Origin: Thermodesulfobacteriota bacterium
GTDB taxonomy: Bacteria; Desulfobacterota_D; UBA1144; Nemesobacterales; UBA2774
Direction: 5' to 3'
Assembly: GCA_963422265.1 (NCBI GenBank)
Contig: OY729416.1
Span: 1,632,001 to 1,696,000, forward strand
Length of the DNA stretch: 64,000 nucleotides
The notes below the pieces were generated by a model. It was not told the origin of the DNA and did no database searches. It saw only the letters and a program-made list of their open reading frames with translations. Positions 1-12,948 of this stretch are shown here, piece by piece. Each line of letters starts with the position of its first letter. Position 1 is the first letter of the stretch. Position numbers and translations under genes: made by a program.

Positions 1-740
1 TCAGAGCTTTAGTGCCAGGAAATCCGAACAAACCCTATGATATGAAGGGTGTTGTAACCACCGTAGTAGATGAAGGTTACTTCTTTGAGGTTCAAGAACA
101 CTACGCTCAAAATATTATAATAGGTTTTGCAAGATTAGGCGGGCGCGTAGTAGGTATAGTAGGAAATCAGCCTAACGTGCTGGCTGGTTGTTTAGATATA
201 GGCGCTTCGCTAAAAGCTGGTAGGTTTGTAAGATTCTGTGATGCATTCAATGTTCCTATTCTCACGTTTGAAGACGTGCCTGGGTTCTTACCTGGAACGT
301 CGCAGGAATGGGGGGGGATAATAAAGCACGGTGCTAAATTGCTATATGCTTACAGCGAAGCTACGGTTCCTACCGTCACGGTAATTACAAGAAAAGCCTA
401 CGGTGGCGCTTATGACGTCATGTCGTCAAAGCACATCAGGGGAGACTTTATATTAGCCTATCCAACAGCCGAGATTGCGGTGATGGGATCGGAAGGCGCC
501 GTCAATATAATATCCAGAGCGCAGATAGCTCAGGCTGAGGATCCTGATGAGGAAAGGGCTAGGCTAATTGAAGAGTATAGGGAGAATTTTGCAAATCCTT
601 ACAGAGCCGCTGACCTAGGATTTATAGACGAAGTTATAAGACCTGAAGATACGAGACCTAGGGTTATAGCGGCATTTGAAATGCTGGATGGAAAGAGGCA
701 GACTAACCCGCCTAAGAAGCACGGAAACATTCCACTCTAA
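1..740 (+). CDS. pccB: Acyl-CoA (propionyl-CoA-type) carboxylase carboxyltransferase subunit, 5'-truncated by the window
   Basis: Motifs [26 protein letters not shown] and C-terminal KKHGNIPL; frame is open at the window edge. Confidence 0.9.
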   Translation, partial: RALVPGNPNKPYDMKGVVTTVVDEGYFFEVQEHYAQNIIIGFARLGGRVVGIVGNQPNVLAGCLDIGASLKAGRFVRFCDAFNVPILTFEDVPGFLPGTSQEWGGIIKHGAKLLYAYSEATVPTVTVITRKAYGGAYDVMSSKHIRGDFILAYPTAEIAVMGSEGAVNIISRAQIAQAEDPDEERARLIEEYRENFANPYRAADLGFIDEVIRPEDTRPRVIAAFEMLDGKRQTNPPKKHGNIPL

Positions 741-762
741 AGACAAAGCAAGGTCGTCAAAA

Positions 763-2259
763 GTGTTCAATAAGATACTGATAGCGAACAGAGGGGAAAT
801 AGCAGTAAGAATAATAAGAGCCTGTAAGGAGCTTGGCGTTACCGCCGTTGCGGTTTATTCTGATGCGGATCGCCGCTCGCTTCACGTAGCGCTCGCCGAT
901 GAAGCATACTATATCGGAGGCTCGCCTCCTGGCGAAAGCTATCTAGTAATAGATAAAATAATAGAGGTAGCAAAGAGATCAGGGGCGGAAGCCATACACC
1001 CTGGTTTTGGGTTCTTATCGGAGAACGAAGATTTTGCCAAGAGGTGCGAGAGAGAGGGAATAACGTTCATTGGCCCCTCGGCTGAGGCAATTCGCTTAAT
1101 GGGCGATAAAATCACGGCTAGAAAAATAGCCCAGGAGGCAAAGGTGCCGCTCGTTCCTGGATCGGAAGGCGCTGTAAGCGATGTAGAGGCTTCGGTATTA
1201 GCGAGCAAAATCGGCTACCCCGTGATGATAAAGGCGTCGGCAGGGGGAGGGGGAAAGGGAATGAGGCTAGTCAAAAGCAAGGACGAGTTCGAGAGTTCCT
1301 TGCGCATGGCTAGGAGTGAGGCGCGCTCCGCGTTCGGAGATGATTCTGTTTTCGTTGAAAGATTTATAGAGCAGCCAAGGCATATAGAGATTCAAATAAT
1401 AGCTGACTCTCAGGGTAACACTGTGCATCTCTTTGAACGTGAGTGTTCGATACAGAGAAGACACCAGAAGGTTATTGAAGAAGCCCCTTCTTCCGCGATA
1501 AGTGCTAGAACCAGAAAGAGAATGGGCGAAGTCGCCGTAAGGATAGCTAAGGCTGTTAATTACCAAGGGGCAGGGACAATAGAGTTCATAATGGATCAGA
1601 AGCACAATTTTTATTTTCTCGAAATGAATACGCGCGTGCAGGTGGAGCATCCGGTTACGGAAATGATTACGGGCTTTGACATTGTAAAGTGGATGATACG
1701 AATTGCAACCGGAGAGAGGCTTCCGTTCAAGCAAACTGACATAAAAATGAAGGGACATGCCCTCGAATGCAGGGTATATGCGGAAGACCCTGCTACGAAC
1801 TTTATGCCTTCGCCAGGCGTTCTTGAATACGTAAAAGCGCCTAGTGGCCCCGGTATCAGAGACGATTCCTCAATATACAGCGGTTGCGAGATTACGCCCT
1901 ATTACGACCCTATGCTCTCTAAGCTCATAGTATGGGCTGATACCAGAGAGGATGCCATATACAAAATGGGATCCGCGTTAAGGGAATACATAGTGCTCGG
2001 CGTTAAAACTAACATTGGGTTTCTGATACGTGTGATGAGAGACGAGGAGTTTCGGCAAGGCGATATAGACACGAGATATATAGAACGTCATCCCGAGCTG
2101 CTTTCACCCGGCGAAGTAGAAGTAGAGCCTGTCTTAATTGCTGCCTCTCTGGCTATGCATGACTCTAACGACGCTAAAGAAAAGTCCACCACTCAGCCCG
2201 TATCCAATTGGAAGCTTTATGGACGTAGAATAGGAGTATGCGGGAGTTCAGGCCTATGA
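763..2259 (+). CDS. accC: Biotin carboxylase subunit of acyl-CoA carboxylase
   Basis: KILIANRGEIA, ERECSIQRRHQK, EMNTRVQVEHPVTE; GTG at 763 chosen because it gives the canonical N-terminus and avoids overlap with the upstream gene. Confidence 0.93.
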   Translation: MFNKILIANRGEIAVRIIRACKELGVTAVAVYSDADRRSLHVALADEAYYIGGSPPGESYLVIDKIIEVAKRSGAEAIHPGFGFLSENEDFAKRCEREGITFIGPSAEAIRLMGDKITARKIAQEAKVPLVPGSEGAVSDVEASVLASKIGYPVMIKASAGGGGKGMRLVKSKDEFESSLRMARSEARSAFGDDSVFVERFIEQPRHIEIQIIADSQGNTVHLFERECSIQRRHQKVIEEAPSSAISARTRKRMGEVAVRIAKAVNYQGAGTIEFIMDQKHNFYFLEMNTRVQVEHPVTEMITGFDIVKWMIRIATGERLPFKQTDIKMKGHALECRVYAEDPATNFMPSPGVLEYVKAPSGPGIRDDSSIYSGCEITPYYDPMLSKLIVWADTREDAIYKMGSALREYIVLGVKTNIGFLIRVMRDEEFRQGDIDTRYIERHPELLSPGEVEVEPVLIAASLAMHDSNDAKEKSTTQPVSNWKLYGRRIGVCGSSGL

Positions 2260-2750
2260 CGCACACGTTTAGGTTTCAGGGGCAAATATACAAGATTGAG
2301 CTAATGGAAAACGAGGGGCAGGTAAAAGCTGAAATAAACGGCGAAGAAATTCCATTAGAATTTCAAAAAATTGAAGATAACTTATATTTAGTCCTCCTCA
2401 ATGGTAGATCGCTAATAATTGGCGTGCTAAAGAACCAACAGCACGTGCAAGTCTTCTTAGATGGCGACCTCTTTGAGCTAGAATCTATATCGGAAAGAGA
2501 GAAGCGACAGTCCTCCCAACTATCTTTGGGGGTTCAGGAAATAAAATCTCCTATGCCTAGCCGAGTCGTCAAAATGCTTAAAAAAGAAGGTGACGAGGTT
2601 AAATCGGATGATGGCTTAGTAGTAGTAGAGGCGATGAAGATGGAGAGTGAACTCAAATCATCAATAAATGGAAAGGTAACCTCGGTCATGGTAAGCGAAG
2701 GCGACGTCGTTGAAGCTGGTACGGTGCTGTTGGTTGTCTCCTCTGAATAA
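2256..2750 (+). CDS. Biotin carboxyl carrier protein
   Basis: EAMKM biotinylation motif; ATG at 2256 overlaps the upstream stop (ATGA); alternative start at 2238. Confidence 0.88.
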   Translation: MTHTFRFQGQIYKIELMENEGQVKAEINGEEIPLEFQKIEDNLYLVLLNGRSLIIGVLKNQQHVQVFLDGDLFELESISEREKRQSSQLSLGVQEIKSPMPSRVVKMLKKEGDEVKSDDGLVVVEAMKMESELKSSINGKVTSVMVSEGDVVEAGTVLLVVSSE

Positions 2751-2874
2751 ATATCTCCCTGAGTAACCACCCACTCTTGACGTCAGACTCGCAGGCTACC
2801 TTGATTGTAATAGCTCTGATTAGTAGTTTTGACAGCTTTTTACACGTTTTACACATTGGAAAAGCAGGATTACA

Positions 2875-3723
2875 CTACACGTTGAGTCGGGAAATATTCT
2901 CCGTGAGCCTTGCGAATTCTTCGATTGATAGAGTTTCCGCACGTCTTTTGTAGTTAATATCGGATAGTTCCAAAGCCCTGAGGGAATTATCTTTGGCAAA
3001 GGCGGACTGGAGAGAGTTGCCAATTGTTTTTCTCCGCGATGAAAATGACGCTCGCACAACCTTTTCGTAAAGTGCCTCTTCGGACGTTTGAAATCTAGGC
3101 TGCGCAAGCGGAACGAATTTCAGCACGGCTGAATCAACCTTGGGCTTGGGCCAAAATGAGTCAGGGGGCACGCGAAACTCAAGACTAACGTCCATATAGG
3201 TTTGTAGTAGAACAGAGATTGATCCGTATTTTTTCGTTCCCACCCTCGCCGTAATCCGTTCTCCCACTTCGAGTTGAAGCATCAGGATCCAGGATAAAAA
3301 CAAATCCTTAGTTTCAAGTAGTTTAAATAGCACGGGGGACGATATGCTGTAGGGAAGATTAGCTATAACCTTGATTTTATGCCCTTTATAAAAATCCTCA
3401 AAGTTTACATCCAGAGTATCTCGTAGTATTAACTTAACCTTAGGATTGTGCTTAAATAAATCAGTCAAGTGCGAAAAGAGCTTCCTATCTTTTTCTATAG
3501 CGGTTACGTGTCCGGCGGATTCCGCCAGTGTGCTTGTCAGGGCGCCAAGTCCAGAACCAATTTCAATAACCTGATCTTTGCCTGAAAGTTTGGCTAAATT
3601 AGCTATACGACTGAGCGCCTTTTTATCCCTTAGGAAATTCTGCCCTAGTCGTTTGTTTGGATAAACCTTTCTTGAAGAAAAGAACTCTTTTGGATGGAGC
3701 GGCGTTTTCCTCTTATTCATCAT
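2875..3723 (-). CDS. rsmA: 16S rRNA m6,2A1518/1519 dimethyltransferase
   Basis: LGQNFL, EIGSGLG, ANLPY, PKPKVDS and RRAETLS motifs; start probably 3723 or 3720. Confidence 0.93.
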   Translation of the reverse strand: MMNKRKTPLHPKEFFSSRKVYPNKRLGQNFLRDKKALSRIANLAKLSGKDQVIEIGSGLGALTSTLAESAGHVTAIEKDRKLFSHLTDLFKHNPKVKLILRDTLDVNFEDFYKGHKIKVIANLPYSISSPVLFKLLETKDLFLSWILMLQLEVGERITARVGTKKYGSISVLLQTYMDVSLEFRVPPDSFWPKPKVDSAVLKFVPLAQPRFQTSEEALYEKVVRASFSSRRKTIGNSLQSAFAKDNSLRALELSDINYKRRAETLSIEEFARLTENISRLNV

Positions 3724-3892
3724 GCGATGTCCTAAGCTGGTTTGGTGTGGGTGTCTAACCATGTTGAACCAGACGAAGGATTACCAATCGCAAGGTTCAA
3801 AGAGTGGGGTAAGCATTAAAATATGAAAAATATTGTGACAATAGAAGGTAGGATAAAAAATACTCTGTTGACGTGCGGCTTAAGAACGCGAT

Positions 3893-4162
3893 TTATTCTC
3901 GGAATCTATAGACTTTTTCGCCCTTCTTGATCATCCCTAGCTCTTTCCTTACCACCCTTTCCACATACTCACTATCCTTATTCATCAATTCAATTTTCTT
4001 CTTGAGCTGCTGATTGGCTTTTTCCAATTTTTTAGCTTCTAAAATAACCCTCTTATTCTGGTCACTTAGAGCATAAAACTGGGAAATCTCTTTAGCGAAA
4101 CAATATAAGGTGACGGATACTATAACTATGAAAATAATAGTCCTGATAATTTGCTTTTTCAT
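3893..4162 (-). CDS. Septum formation initiator (FtsB/DivIC family)
   Basis: N-terminal TM, coiled coil, YVERVVRKELGMIKKGE motif. Confidence 0.8.
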   Translation of the reverse strand: MKKQIIRTIIFIVIVSVTLYCFAKEISQFYALSDQNKRVILEAKKLEKANQQLKKKIELMNKDSEYVERVVRKELGMIKKGEKVYRFRE

Positions 4163-4163
4163 T

Positions 4164-4808
4164 CTATAAAACTATCAAATCTCCAGCAATAAAAGGATTG
4201 GACGCTCTTTCTATCCCTATTGTCGTTGCGGGACCGTGACCCGGATATACGTTATAAGAATCGGGAAGTGACATAAGTTTGGTTTTAATAGAACCGACAA
4301 GCTCTCTCATTGAGGTTCCGCCCGTAAGATCTACTCTGCCTACACTGCCAGCGAAAAGGGTGTCTCCTGAGATTACTTGATCGTCTATTAACAGACATAC
4401 ACTTCCCCACGTATGACCAGGAGTGTGAACGACTTTTGCCCTTAAACTGCCTATTTCAATTTCATCCCCTTCCTCTATAAAACCATCAACCTTGGGAACC
4501 TCAACGTTGCCAAACTGCGGGTATCTTCTCGCCGCCTCAGGAATGGCTTTCAACACAGGCTCCTCTTTAGGATGTAGATAAAAGCCCACGCCAAGGGCTT
4601 CCTTTGCCTCCTGCACCCCCGCAACATGGTCAATGTGAGTATGCGTATTGACTATTTTAGTAACGTTCAGACCCGACCTTTGAACTGCCTCTAATATATC
4701 CTCAATCTGCTCGCCCGGATCAATTAGTATTCCTTCGTTTGTTTCTTTATCTCCCACTATGTAGCAGTTTGTCAGAAACATGCCGCCGGGTATGCATTCT
4801 ATGATCAT
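4164..4808 (-). CDS. MBL-fold metallo-hydrolase (glyoxalase II-like)
   Basis: THTHIDH, TPGHT, SGDTLF and PGHG motifs. Confidence 0.9.
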   Translation of the reverse strand: MIIECIPGGMFLTNCYIVGDKETNEGILIDPGEQIEDILEAVQRSGLNVTKIVNTHTHIDHVAGVQEAKEALGVGFYLHPKEEPVLKAIPEAARRYPQFGNVEVPKVDGFIEEGDEIEIGSLRAKVVHTPGHTWGSVCLLIDDQVISGDTLFAGSVGRVDLTGGTSMRELVGSIKTKLMSLPDSYNVYPGHGPATTIGIERASNPFIAGDLIVL

Positions 4809-5155
4809 AGATAGCTCTTAGCCTCGTTCTAAATTAATTTCCTTAATTTTTCTTATCCGATGATAGATGGCTCTTCTTGGTCTATTTGCTCAAAAGGTAT
4901 TTCCCACCACGCCTGCCAACTCATAGAAGGGCGAATTGTCTTATGGCTCCTTCAATATTTACATCCACAGGCTACCGAAACAGCTATTTCCTGTCAATAA
5001 AAGGGATTTATTATTGACAAGAGATGAACGTGTGAAATGTAATTAAGGTATCAGGAACCCTTGAAAAGGCAACTATAATTAGGAACTATACAAACTATAA
5101 TAACTGTTCTATAATGAACAATAGCGCTTAGATAAAAGACAAGGAGGTAATAGTT

Positions 5156-7238
<2,083 letters not shown>

Positions 7239-7254
7239 TTGGTTATGAAGCTCT

Positions 7255-7525
7255 TCCTTTTTTTCGTAGAGGTAACCCTTGTGGTTACCCACCCTGTAGA
7301 GGCGTAGTTACCCCTACCTTCGCGTCTTACTTAGGGGACCATTCTTCGACAGACTCAGGACATCGCTAGGGTCGCCCCTACAGGTAAAAAGAAAAAATCC
7401 ATGACCCTCCTTTACGAAAGGAGGGGAATATCCTTTGCCTAACCTCAGAGCTTGACAAGAGACTTTGTAGACGTGCATGGACTACTCATTTTTTCTCCCC
7501 CTTTAGACAAAGGGGGATACAGAGC
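7255..7525 (+). repeat. Composite REP-like palindromic element
   Basis: GTAG-GGTAACCCTTGTGGTTACCC, GGGTCGCCCCTAC, CCCTCCTTTACGAAAGGAGGG, CCCCCTTTAGACAAAGGGGG modules. Confidence 0.85.
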
Positions 7526-7606
7526 GAAAGCGGTCAATATCTAGGTAATATACAGACCGCTTAGTCGTTTGACAGTCAAAATACGAAGGTGTATTGTCTT
7601 TATCCT

Positions 7607-8950
7607 ATGAGTGAGTATAGAGCTTGGTTTAGCTGTATAAGTGAAGATTGCAACGAGACATATCCGCTTGACGATATAGTCTATTCGTGCAAAAGGTGTG
7701 GAAATCTTTTGGAAGTTACCCACGATATTGAAAAGCTGCAAGAAAAATCCCCTCAAGAGTGGAAAAATATATTTGATAATCGCTATAGAAAACAACTATG
7801 GCCCCACGGAAGCTCAGTATGGGGTAAAAAAGAATGGGTCTGCCCAACCGTCAATGACAACAACATAGTGTCCATGTATGAAGGCGCTACCAATCTCTTT
7901 TGGGCTGAGAGGTTTAGCGAGCAGGTTGGAATAGAAGACGTATGGATCAAAATGTGTGGTAACAGTCATACCGGATCCTTCAAAGACCTTGGAATGACCG
8001 TCTTGGTTTCTGTAGTTAAGCAAATGATAGAGAACGGTAAGAGTATTCCCGCTATAGCCTGTGCTTCAACTGGCGACACCTCGGCAGCCCTTGCGGCTTA
8101 CTGCGCCAGCGCGGGAATACCGGCGATAGTGCTTCTACCTAAGGATAAGGTCTCCGTTGCGCAACTGGTGCAGCCTATCTCAAACGGTGCGATGGTTTTA
8201 TCATTAGACACCGATTTTGATGGTTGTATGCGAATGGTTCAGAAAATATGCAACGAAAACAATATATATCTGGCAAACTCAATAAATTCCCTACGCATAG
8301 AGGGGCAAAAAACCATAAGTATAGAGCTTTGCCAGCAGTTTGATTGGGAAGTTCCTGACTGGGTAATTATTCCGGGTGGCAACTTGGGAAACATCTCGGC
8401 TCTTGGAAAAGGATTCCTGATAATGGAGGAGCTTGGACTAATAGAAAAACTCCCCCGCCTAGTATGTGCTCAAGCTGAGAATGCTAATCCCCTCTACCTA
8501 AGCTACTTGAACAATTTTGAAGAATTTCATCCTATAAAAGCTAAAAGAACCCTCGCAAACGCTATTCAAATTGGTAACCCCGTAAGCGTAAATAAAGCCA
8601 TTAAAATACTAAAGAGATTCGATGGCATTGTAGAGCAGGCTAGTGAAGAAGAGCTTTCGGACGCATCGGCTCTAGTAGATAGAACGGGCACGTTTAACTG
8701 CCCTCACACTGGCGTTGCCCTTGCCTCGTTCCTTAAACTCCGGAAAAAGGGAGTTTTCAAGCCAAAAGACAAGATTGTAATAATATCTACTGCCCATGGG
8801 CTTAAGTTCGTTGAATTTAAGGTCGGATACCACAAGCAAGAGTTGTCGGACGTCTTCTCTAAATACGCCAATAAGCCATTAGAACTACCCACTGATTATA
8901 GTGCGATAAAGGACGCCATTTTTAGCAATATTGGCGTTCAAGCACTGTAA
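7607..8950 (+). CDS. thrC: Threonine synthase
   Basis: HTGSFKDLG (PLP lysine), ASTGDTSAA, PGGNLGN and STAHGLKF motifs. Confidence 0.93.
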   Translation: MSEYRAWFSCISEDCNETYPLDDIVYSCKRCGNLLEVTHDIEKLQEKSPQEWKNIFDNRYRKQLWPHGSSVWGKKEWVCPTVNDNNIVSMYEGATNLFWAERFSEQVGIEDVWIKMCGNSHTGSFKDLGMTVLVSVVKQMIENGKSIPAIACASTGDTSAALAAYCASAGIPAIVLLPKDKVSVAQLVQPISNGAMVLSLDTDFDGCMRMVQKICNENNIYLANSINSLRIEGQKTISIELCQQFDWEVPDWVIIPGGNLGNISALGKGFLIMEELGLIEKLPRLVCAQAENANPLYLSYLNNFEEFHPIKAKRTLANAIQIGNPVSVNKAIKILKRFDGIVEQASEEELSDASALVDRTGTFNCPHTGVALASFLKLRKKGVFKPKDKIVIISTAHGLKFVEFKVGYHKQELSDVFSKYANKPLELPTDYSAIKDAIFSNIGVQAL

Positions 8951-9031
8951 GGCTAACGGTTAGTCGGTTCACCAAACTTAATGATGCCCAAACTTGTTTG
9001 CGCTGCACGGACTGGATAAATTCTTAGAGCT

Positions 9032-9688
9032 ATGAAGAAGCGCGGACTTGGGCCCCTCTACGTCATAACTGATAAGAATCTCGTCCCTAAGGCAAGTTGT
9101 TATCTTGAACTTGTTGAAAGGTTTGAAGAGACAGTAGAGCAAGCTATTAAGGGCGGAGCAAGCGTAGTTCAACTTAGAGAAAAGGACAGCACGGCAGACG
9201 AGATAATCGCTTTAGGTAAAGGGCTTCTCAAAATAACAAAACGCTATCAACTTCCTCTAATCGTTAATGACTTTCCTCATATAGCCAAAGCCATAGGTGC
9301 TGACGGCGTTCACCTGGGCGAGAGCGACTGCTCGGTTGGAGAAGCACGAAACGTATTGGGGGAAGGGGCAATAATAGGCGTATCATGCTACAATCAGATA
9401 AGTAGGGGATTAGCGGCTCAAAGCGAGGGGGCAGATTACGTTGCTTTTGGCACCCCTTTTTTTACGCCGACAAAGCCGAATAGAGAGCCCACGCCTATAG
9501 ACGTTCTTAAAGAGGCGTCAAGAAAAATAAAACGAATTCCGGTGTTTGCGATTGGAGGCATAACGGAGGCTAATGCGGAATTGATTTTAAAAAGCGGAGC
9601 GGATGGAATTGCAGTTATCACAAGCGTATTCGGCGCGCCCGACCCGGAAAAGGCTGCGAGAGCGCTTTCTTCACTAATAAACAACTGA
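9032..9688 (+). CDS. thiE: Thiamine-phosphate synthase
   Basis: VQLREK, IVND, ADGVHLG, TPTKP and AIGGI motifs. Confidence 0.92.
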   Translation: MKKRGLGPLYVITDKNLVPKASCYLELVERFEETVEQAIKGGASVVQLREKDSTADEIIALGKGLLKITKRYQLPLIVNDFPHIAKAIGADGVHLGESDCSVGEARNVLGEGAIIGVSCYNQISRGLAAQSEGADYVAFGTPFFTPTKPNREPTPIDVLKEASRKIKRIPVFAIGGITEANAELILKSGADGIAVITSVFGAPDPEKAARALSSLINN

Positions 9689-9758
9689 ATGAGCAATCTG
9701 ACCTGTCCCGTTTGGCAAGTTGGTTAGCGAGCTTGCCTAAGGGGGTTACGCTTTTCCC

Positions 9759-10847
9759 CTAGAACAGCTTGGCAAGCTCTTTTCTCTTTCTCCTTGAGTC
9801 CACCCTTTCAGCTAGCGCGTGAGAGATCAAGGGCAGAGCAATAGTCGCATCGCAGTAGCACTGCACGAGACTCCCCTCAGGGTCCTCTTTACCCCAAGAG
9901 ACGGCTTCCTCAAATGTGCATCCTGAAAGCCCGCCCCATTGAGGTGAGTCCGTTGTGATTTGTATAGCGTATTTGTGTGGATAATACGTCTCCTGCGCCC
10001 CGGTGCCCTTACGGTTTAGTCCCTTGTTCCTATTAGGCACGATCCTATCTTCATACAGAAGATCGGTTGTTACGGCAAAAAGCTGGATAAAGTCCTTGGG
10101 CACGCCCCCTCCAATGTATATAACCGCCGTATCCTTTACCTCTTGACCGAGCTTCATAAACTCAACGTAATCTTTGATGGCGTCAATAGTCAAGCTAAAC
10201 CCTTTACTTTTGGCAATAAGGGCAGCATCCCCGTAAGGGCTATCGGCGATAGCGGGGCAAAACACAGGGACCTTGTTATCAGAAGCGACCGTTACTATGC
10301 TCCTGATATTTCTATCTCCTAGCCATTTACCACAAAGTTCAAGGAACTCTCTTGATGAATAGTTACGTTCTTCGTCAAGCGTCTGTATGAATTCAGCCAA
10401 AAGCTCCGTCATTTCAAGGTAATCGCTTTCCTTGCCGTAAACGTCATAGTAACGATTCAATCCCTCCTTAAATAGAACTTCATTGTCCGCCAAGTGCGAG
10501 CCCTGCCAGTAGTTGTGTCCCATCGCGTCAATTATGTCTTCTGAAATATTAGCCCCCGTGGGCACGAGAATATCAACGTAGCCATTCTCAATCAGCCAGT
10601 TTATTATTTTCCACTGTCCCGTTGTAGATAATGAGCCTGTGTATCCGAGCAAAATTGTAACGTCGTCATCTTTTATCATTTGTTCAAACACGTCAACTAC
10701 GCGAGCCAAGCTTTTGCCTTGAAACCCGGTGAGTGCCATTTCAGTCAAGAGTTGTGAAACGTTTTTCTGTGTATCTACTTCAATCGCTTTGACTTTCCGG
10801 GTGAAAAAGTTCTCTAATGCGGAACCATCTCTAGACTTATCTTCCAT
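9759..10847 (-). CDS. Deoxyhypusine synthase-like protein
   Basis: TGFQG, FCPAIADS, GGGVPKDF, GGLSGCTFEEAVSWGK and DATIALPL motifs. Confidence 0.88.
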   Translation of the reverse strand: MEDKSRDGSALENFFTRKVKAIEVDTQKNVSQLLTEMALTGFQGKSLARVVDVFEQMIKDDDVTILLGYTGSLSTTGQWKIINWLIENGYVDILVPTGANISEDIIDAMGHNYWQGSHLADNEVLFKEGLNRYYDVYGKESDYLEMTELLAEFIQTLDEERNYSSREFLELCGKWLGDRNIRSIVTVASDNKVPVFCPAIADSPYGDAALIAKSKGFSLTIDAIKDYVEFMKLGQEVKDTAVIYIGGGVPKDFIQLFAVTTDLLYEDRIVPNRNKGLNRKGTGAQETYYPHKYAIQITTDSPQWGGLSGCTFEEAVSWGKEDPEGSLVQCYCDATIALPLISHALAERVDSRRKRKELAKLF

Positions 10848-11272
10848 CCTGAATACTACCTCCCGTTTGTAGTCCTAAGAAAAAGTGAGGCGTTGAAGAT
10901 ACTATAATGATACTAAATCAAGGCACTCGCCTAGTTAAGAGCTAGGATTATTTGATGATAAACTAATATTTTAACATACAATTGTTTACGAGTCAGGTTG
11001 TAGTGGTTGAGCCTGAACTCAGATTACTCTAGGACAGCAATTCTCATTCCCCGCTTGGCTTGTCTAGTAAGGACGAGATTGAAGCATCGAGACGTAAGGT
11101 CTCTGCAAAATCCACCAGAGATAGATGCTAACTAAATGTGTTGAATCTCTACAGTACATTGACATAAAAGGTGGTTTTAGATACTGTCATCTCGAGGCTA
11201 TGATGCACATAGCACAGTGGCGTGGGGCGTTTCCGATGCCCCTGCTCAACTTTAGCCGCGCTCCCAAATGCA

Positions 11273-11939
11273 ATGAATTCGGATCTTATAGAAGTTATAA
11301 AAACCTATGCAACTAAATCTCATAAAGATTTGAATGATTTGTTGCTTGGAAAATCAAAACAAAACATTATTTCAATTCTTGTTGATCTCCTTACTAGCTA
11401 CTATAACGATAAAAATTCTTCTACTTTAAGAGAGTTCGTAATTGTTTCTCTAAGTGGTTTTGAACCTAATTCTGATAAGATTGGCTATAATGGCTACAGA
11501 CACAATGGTATCAGTGGCGGTATCCAGTACTGCGAGGCAAAGCCGAAGAACATAAACACAAATGATTTGAAGTATAAAAAATTGAATGGCGGAGGTAACT
11601 TCACTGACTATACATGAGTCGAGGTTAGAAAAAGATAAACAAAAGAATCCAACTATGATAATAGGTGGTTTTATAGATGGTCGCCTTATTTACATATTTA
11701 GATTTCCTTTTAATTCAGAGGGTTTTATTGATAGGTTAGAGAGCCAACTGAAAAACAAATTTCCCGATGGAGACCAAAGTGGATATTTTCTCAGAAGCGC
11801 TTCATTTAGTTTCACGCATTACAGGACTGCCCTTAATTTAGAAGTTGACATATTTATCGGCACGAAAGAGCTAGAATTGTATAAGAAGCATTTCACTGGA
11901 AAATTATATAGGGTTATAGAAGAACATATTGAAGAATAA
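11273..11939 (+). pseudogene. Putative type II restriction endonuclease, frameshifted near 11615
   Basis: Two overlapping ORFs join by a +1 shift (…NFTDYT / SRLEKD…); CEAK resembles a PD-(D/E)xK motif; AT-rich; directly upstream of an MTase. Confidence 0.6.
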
Positions 11940-11986
11940 GGTATGTGGCGTTCTAAGCTCGCCAAAGTGATGAATTTATTGGAGCA

Positions 11987-12886
11987 ATGAAGCTAAAAGT
12001 GAAGCAATTGAAGAACAGGCTCCTTCACGGTGATACTCTGGAGGTCCTAAGAACAATTCCAAGTAGAGTTATTGACGTTGGAGTTACATCTCCACCCTAT
12101 AACAAGCAGGAAAAAAATAAGGGATGGCTCGTAAAGAACGTTGTTTATTCCGAATATAGAGACCAGCTTCCGGAAGCCAGTTATCAAGCAAATCAAGTTG
12201 ATGTTCTCAACGAAATCTACCGTGTAACAAAGGAAGGAGGTTCCTTCTTTTACAATCATAAAATACGCTGGGTGGATGGCGAGATGTTTCATCCGATGGA
12301 TTGGTTGAGAAAAACGGACTGGACTGTAAAACAGGAAATTATATGGGATCGGATAATAGCGGGGAATATAAGGGGGTGGCGGTTTTGGCAGGTTGACGAA
12401 AGGATATACTGGCTTTACAAGCCTGTAAATGATAACAAAAAAGGTAAAGAACTAGCTTCCAAAGATGCCAAGATGACTTCAATATGGCGTTCCGTTCCTG
12501 AGAATAATAACCCACATCCAGCTCCTTTTCCCTTATGGTTACCAGTCCGTATTATTATTTCCTTAATGGATAACAAGAAGCGCGGACTCATTTTTGATCC
12601 TTACATTGGCAGCGGGACAACTGCGGTTGCAGCGAAACTACTTGGTTTTGACTATTTAGGCATAGATATAGGAGAGGAATATCTTAATTTTGCAGCAGAG
12701 CGACTAAAAAATGCCGAAGATGAATTAAAGACAATAGAGAAGGAACAAGAACTTCATCGGATTTCCGAAACTTTTAAGATGAGAAAGAAAAGCGGAAGGA
12801 ACGTAGGGAAGTATAGTAATTCTAGCAATACGATGAATGATTTGGAGATGGAACCTGTATCTTTATTCCCTTCAACAACGAAGTAG
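11987..12886 (+). CDS. Site-specific DNA methyltransferase (N4-C/N6-A, beta class)
   Basis: TSPPY catalytic motif precedes HPAPFP and DPYIGSGTT SAM-binding motif. Confidence 0.9.
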   Translation: MKLKVKQLKNRLLHGDTLEVLRTIPSRVIDVGVTSPPYNKQEKNKGWLVKNVVYSEYRDQLPEASYQANQVDVLNEIYRVTKEGGSFFYNHKIRWVDGEMFHPMDWLRKTDWTVKQEIIWDRIIAGNIRGWRFWQVDERIYWLYKPVNDNKKGKELASKDAKMTSIWRSVPENNNPHPAPFPLWLPVRIIISLMDNKKRGLIFDPYIGSGTTAVAAKLLGFDYLGIDIGEEYLNFAAERLKNAEDELKTIEKEQELHRISETFKMRKKSGRNVGKYSNSSNTMNDLEMEPVSLFPSTTK

Positions 12887-12948
12887 ATGAGAATTTCTCC
12901 AGAGTTACAAAGGCAAGCATCTAAGACAAGAACAAACAATTCTAACAA

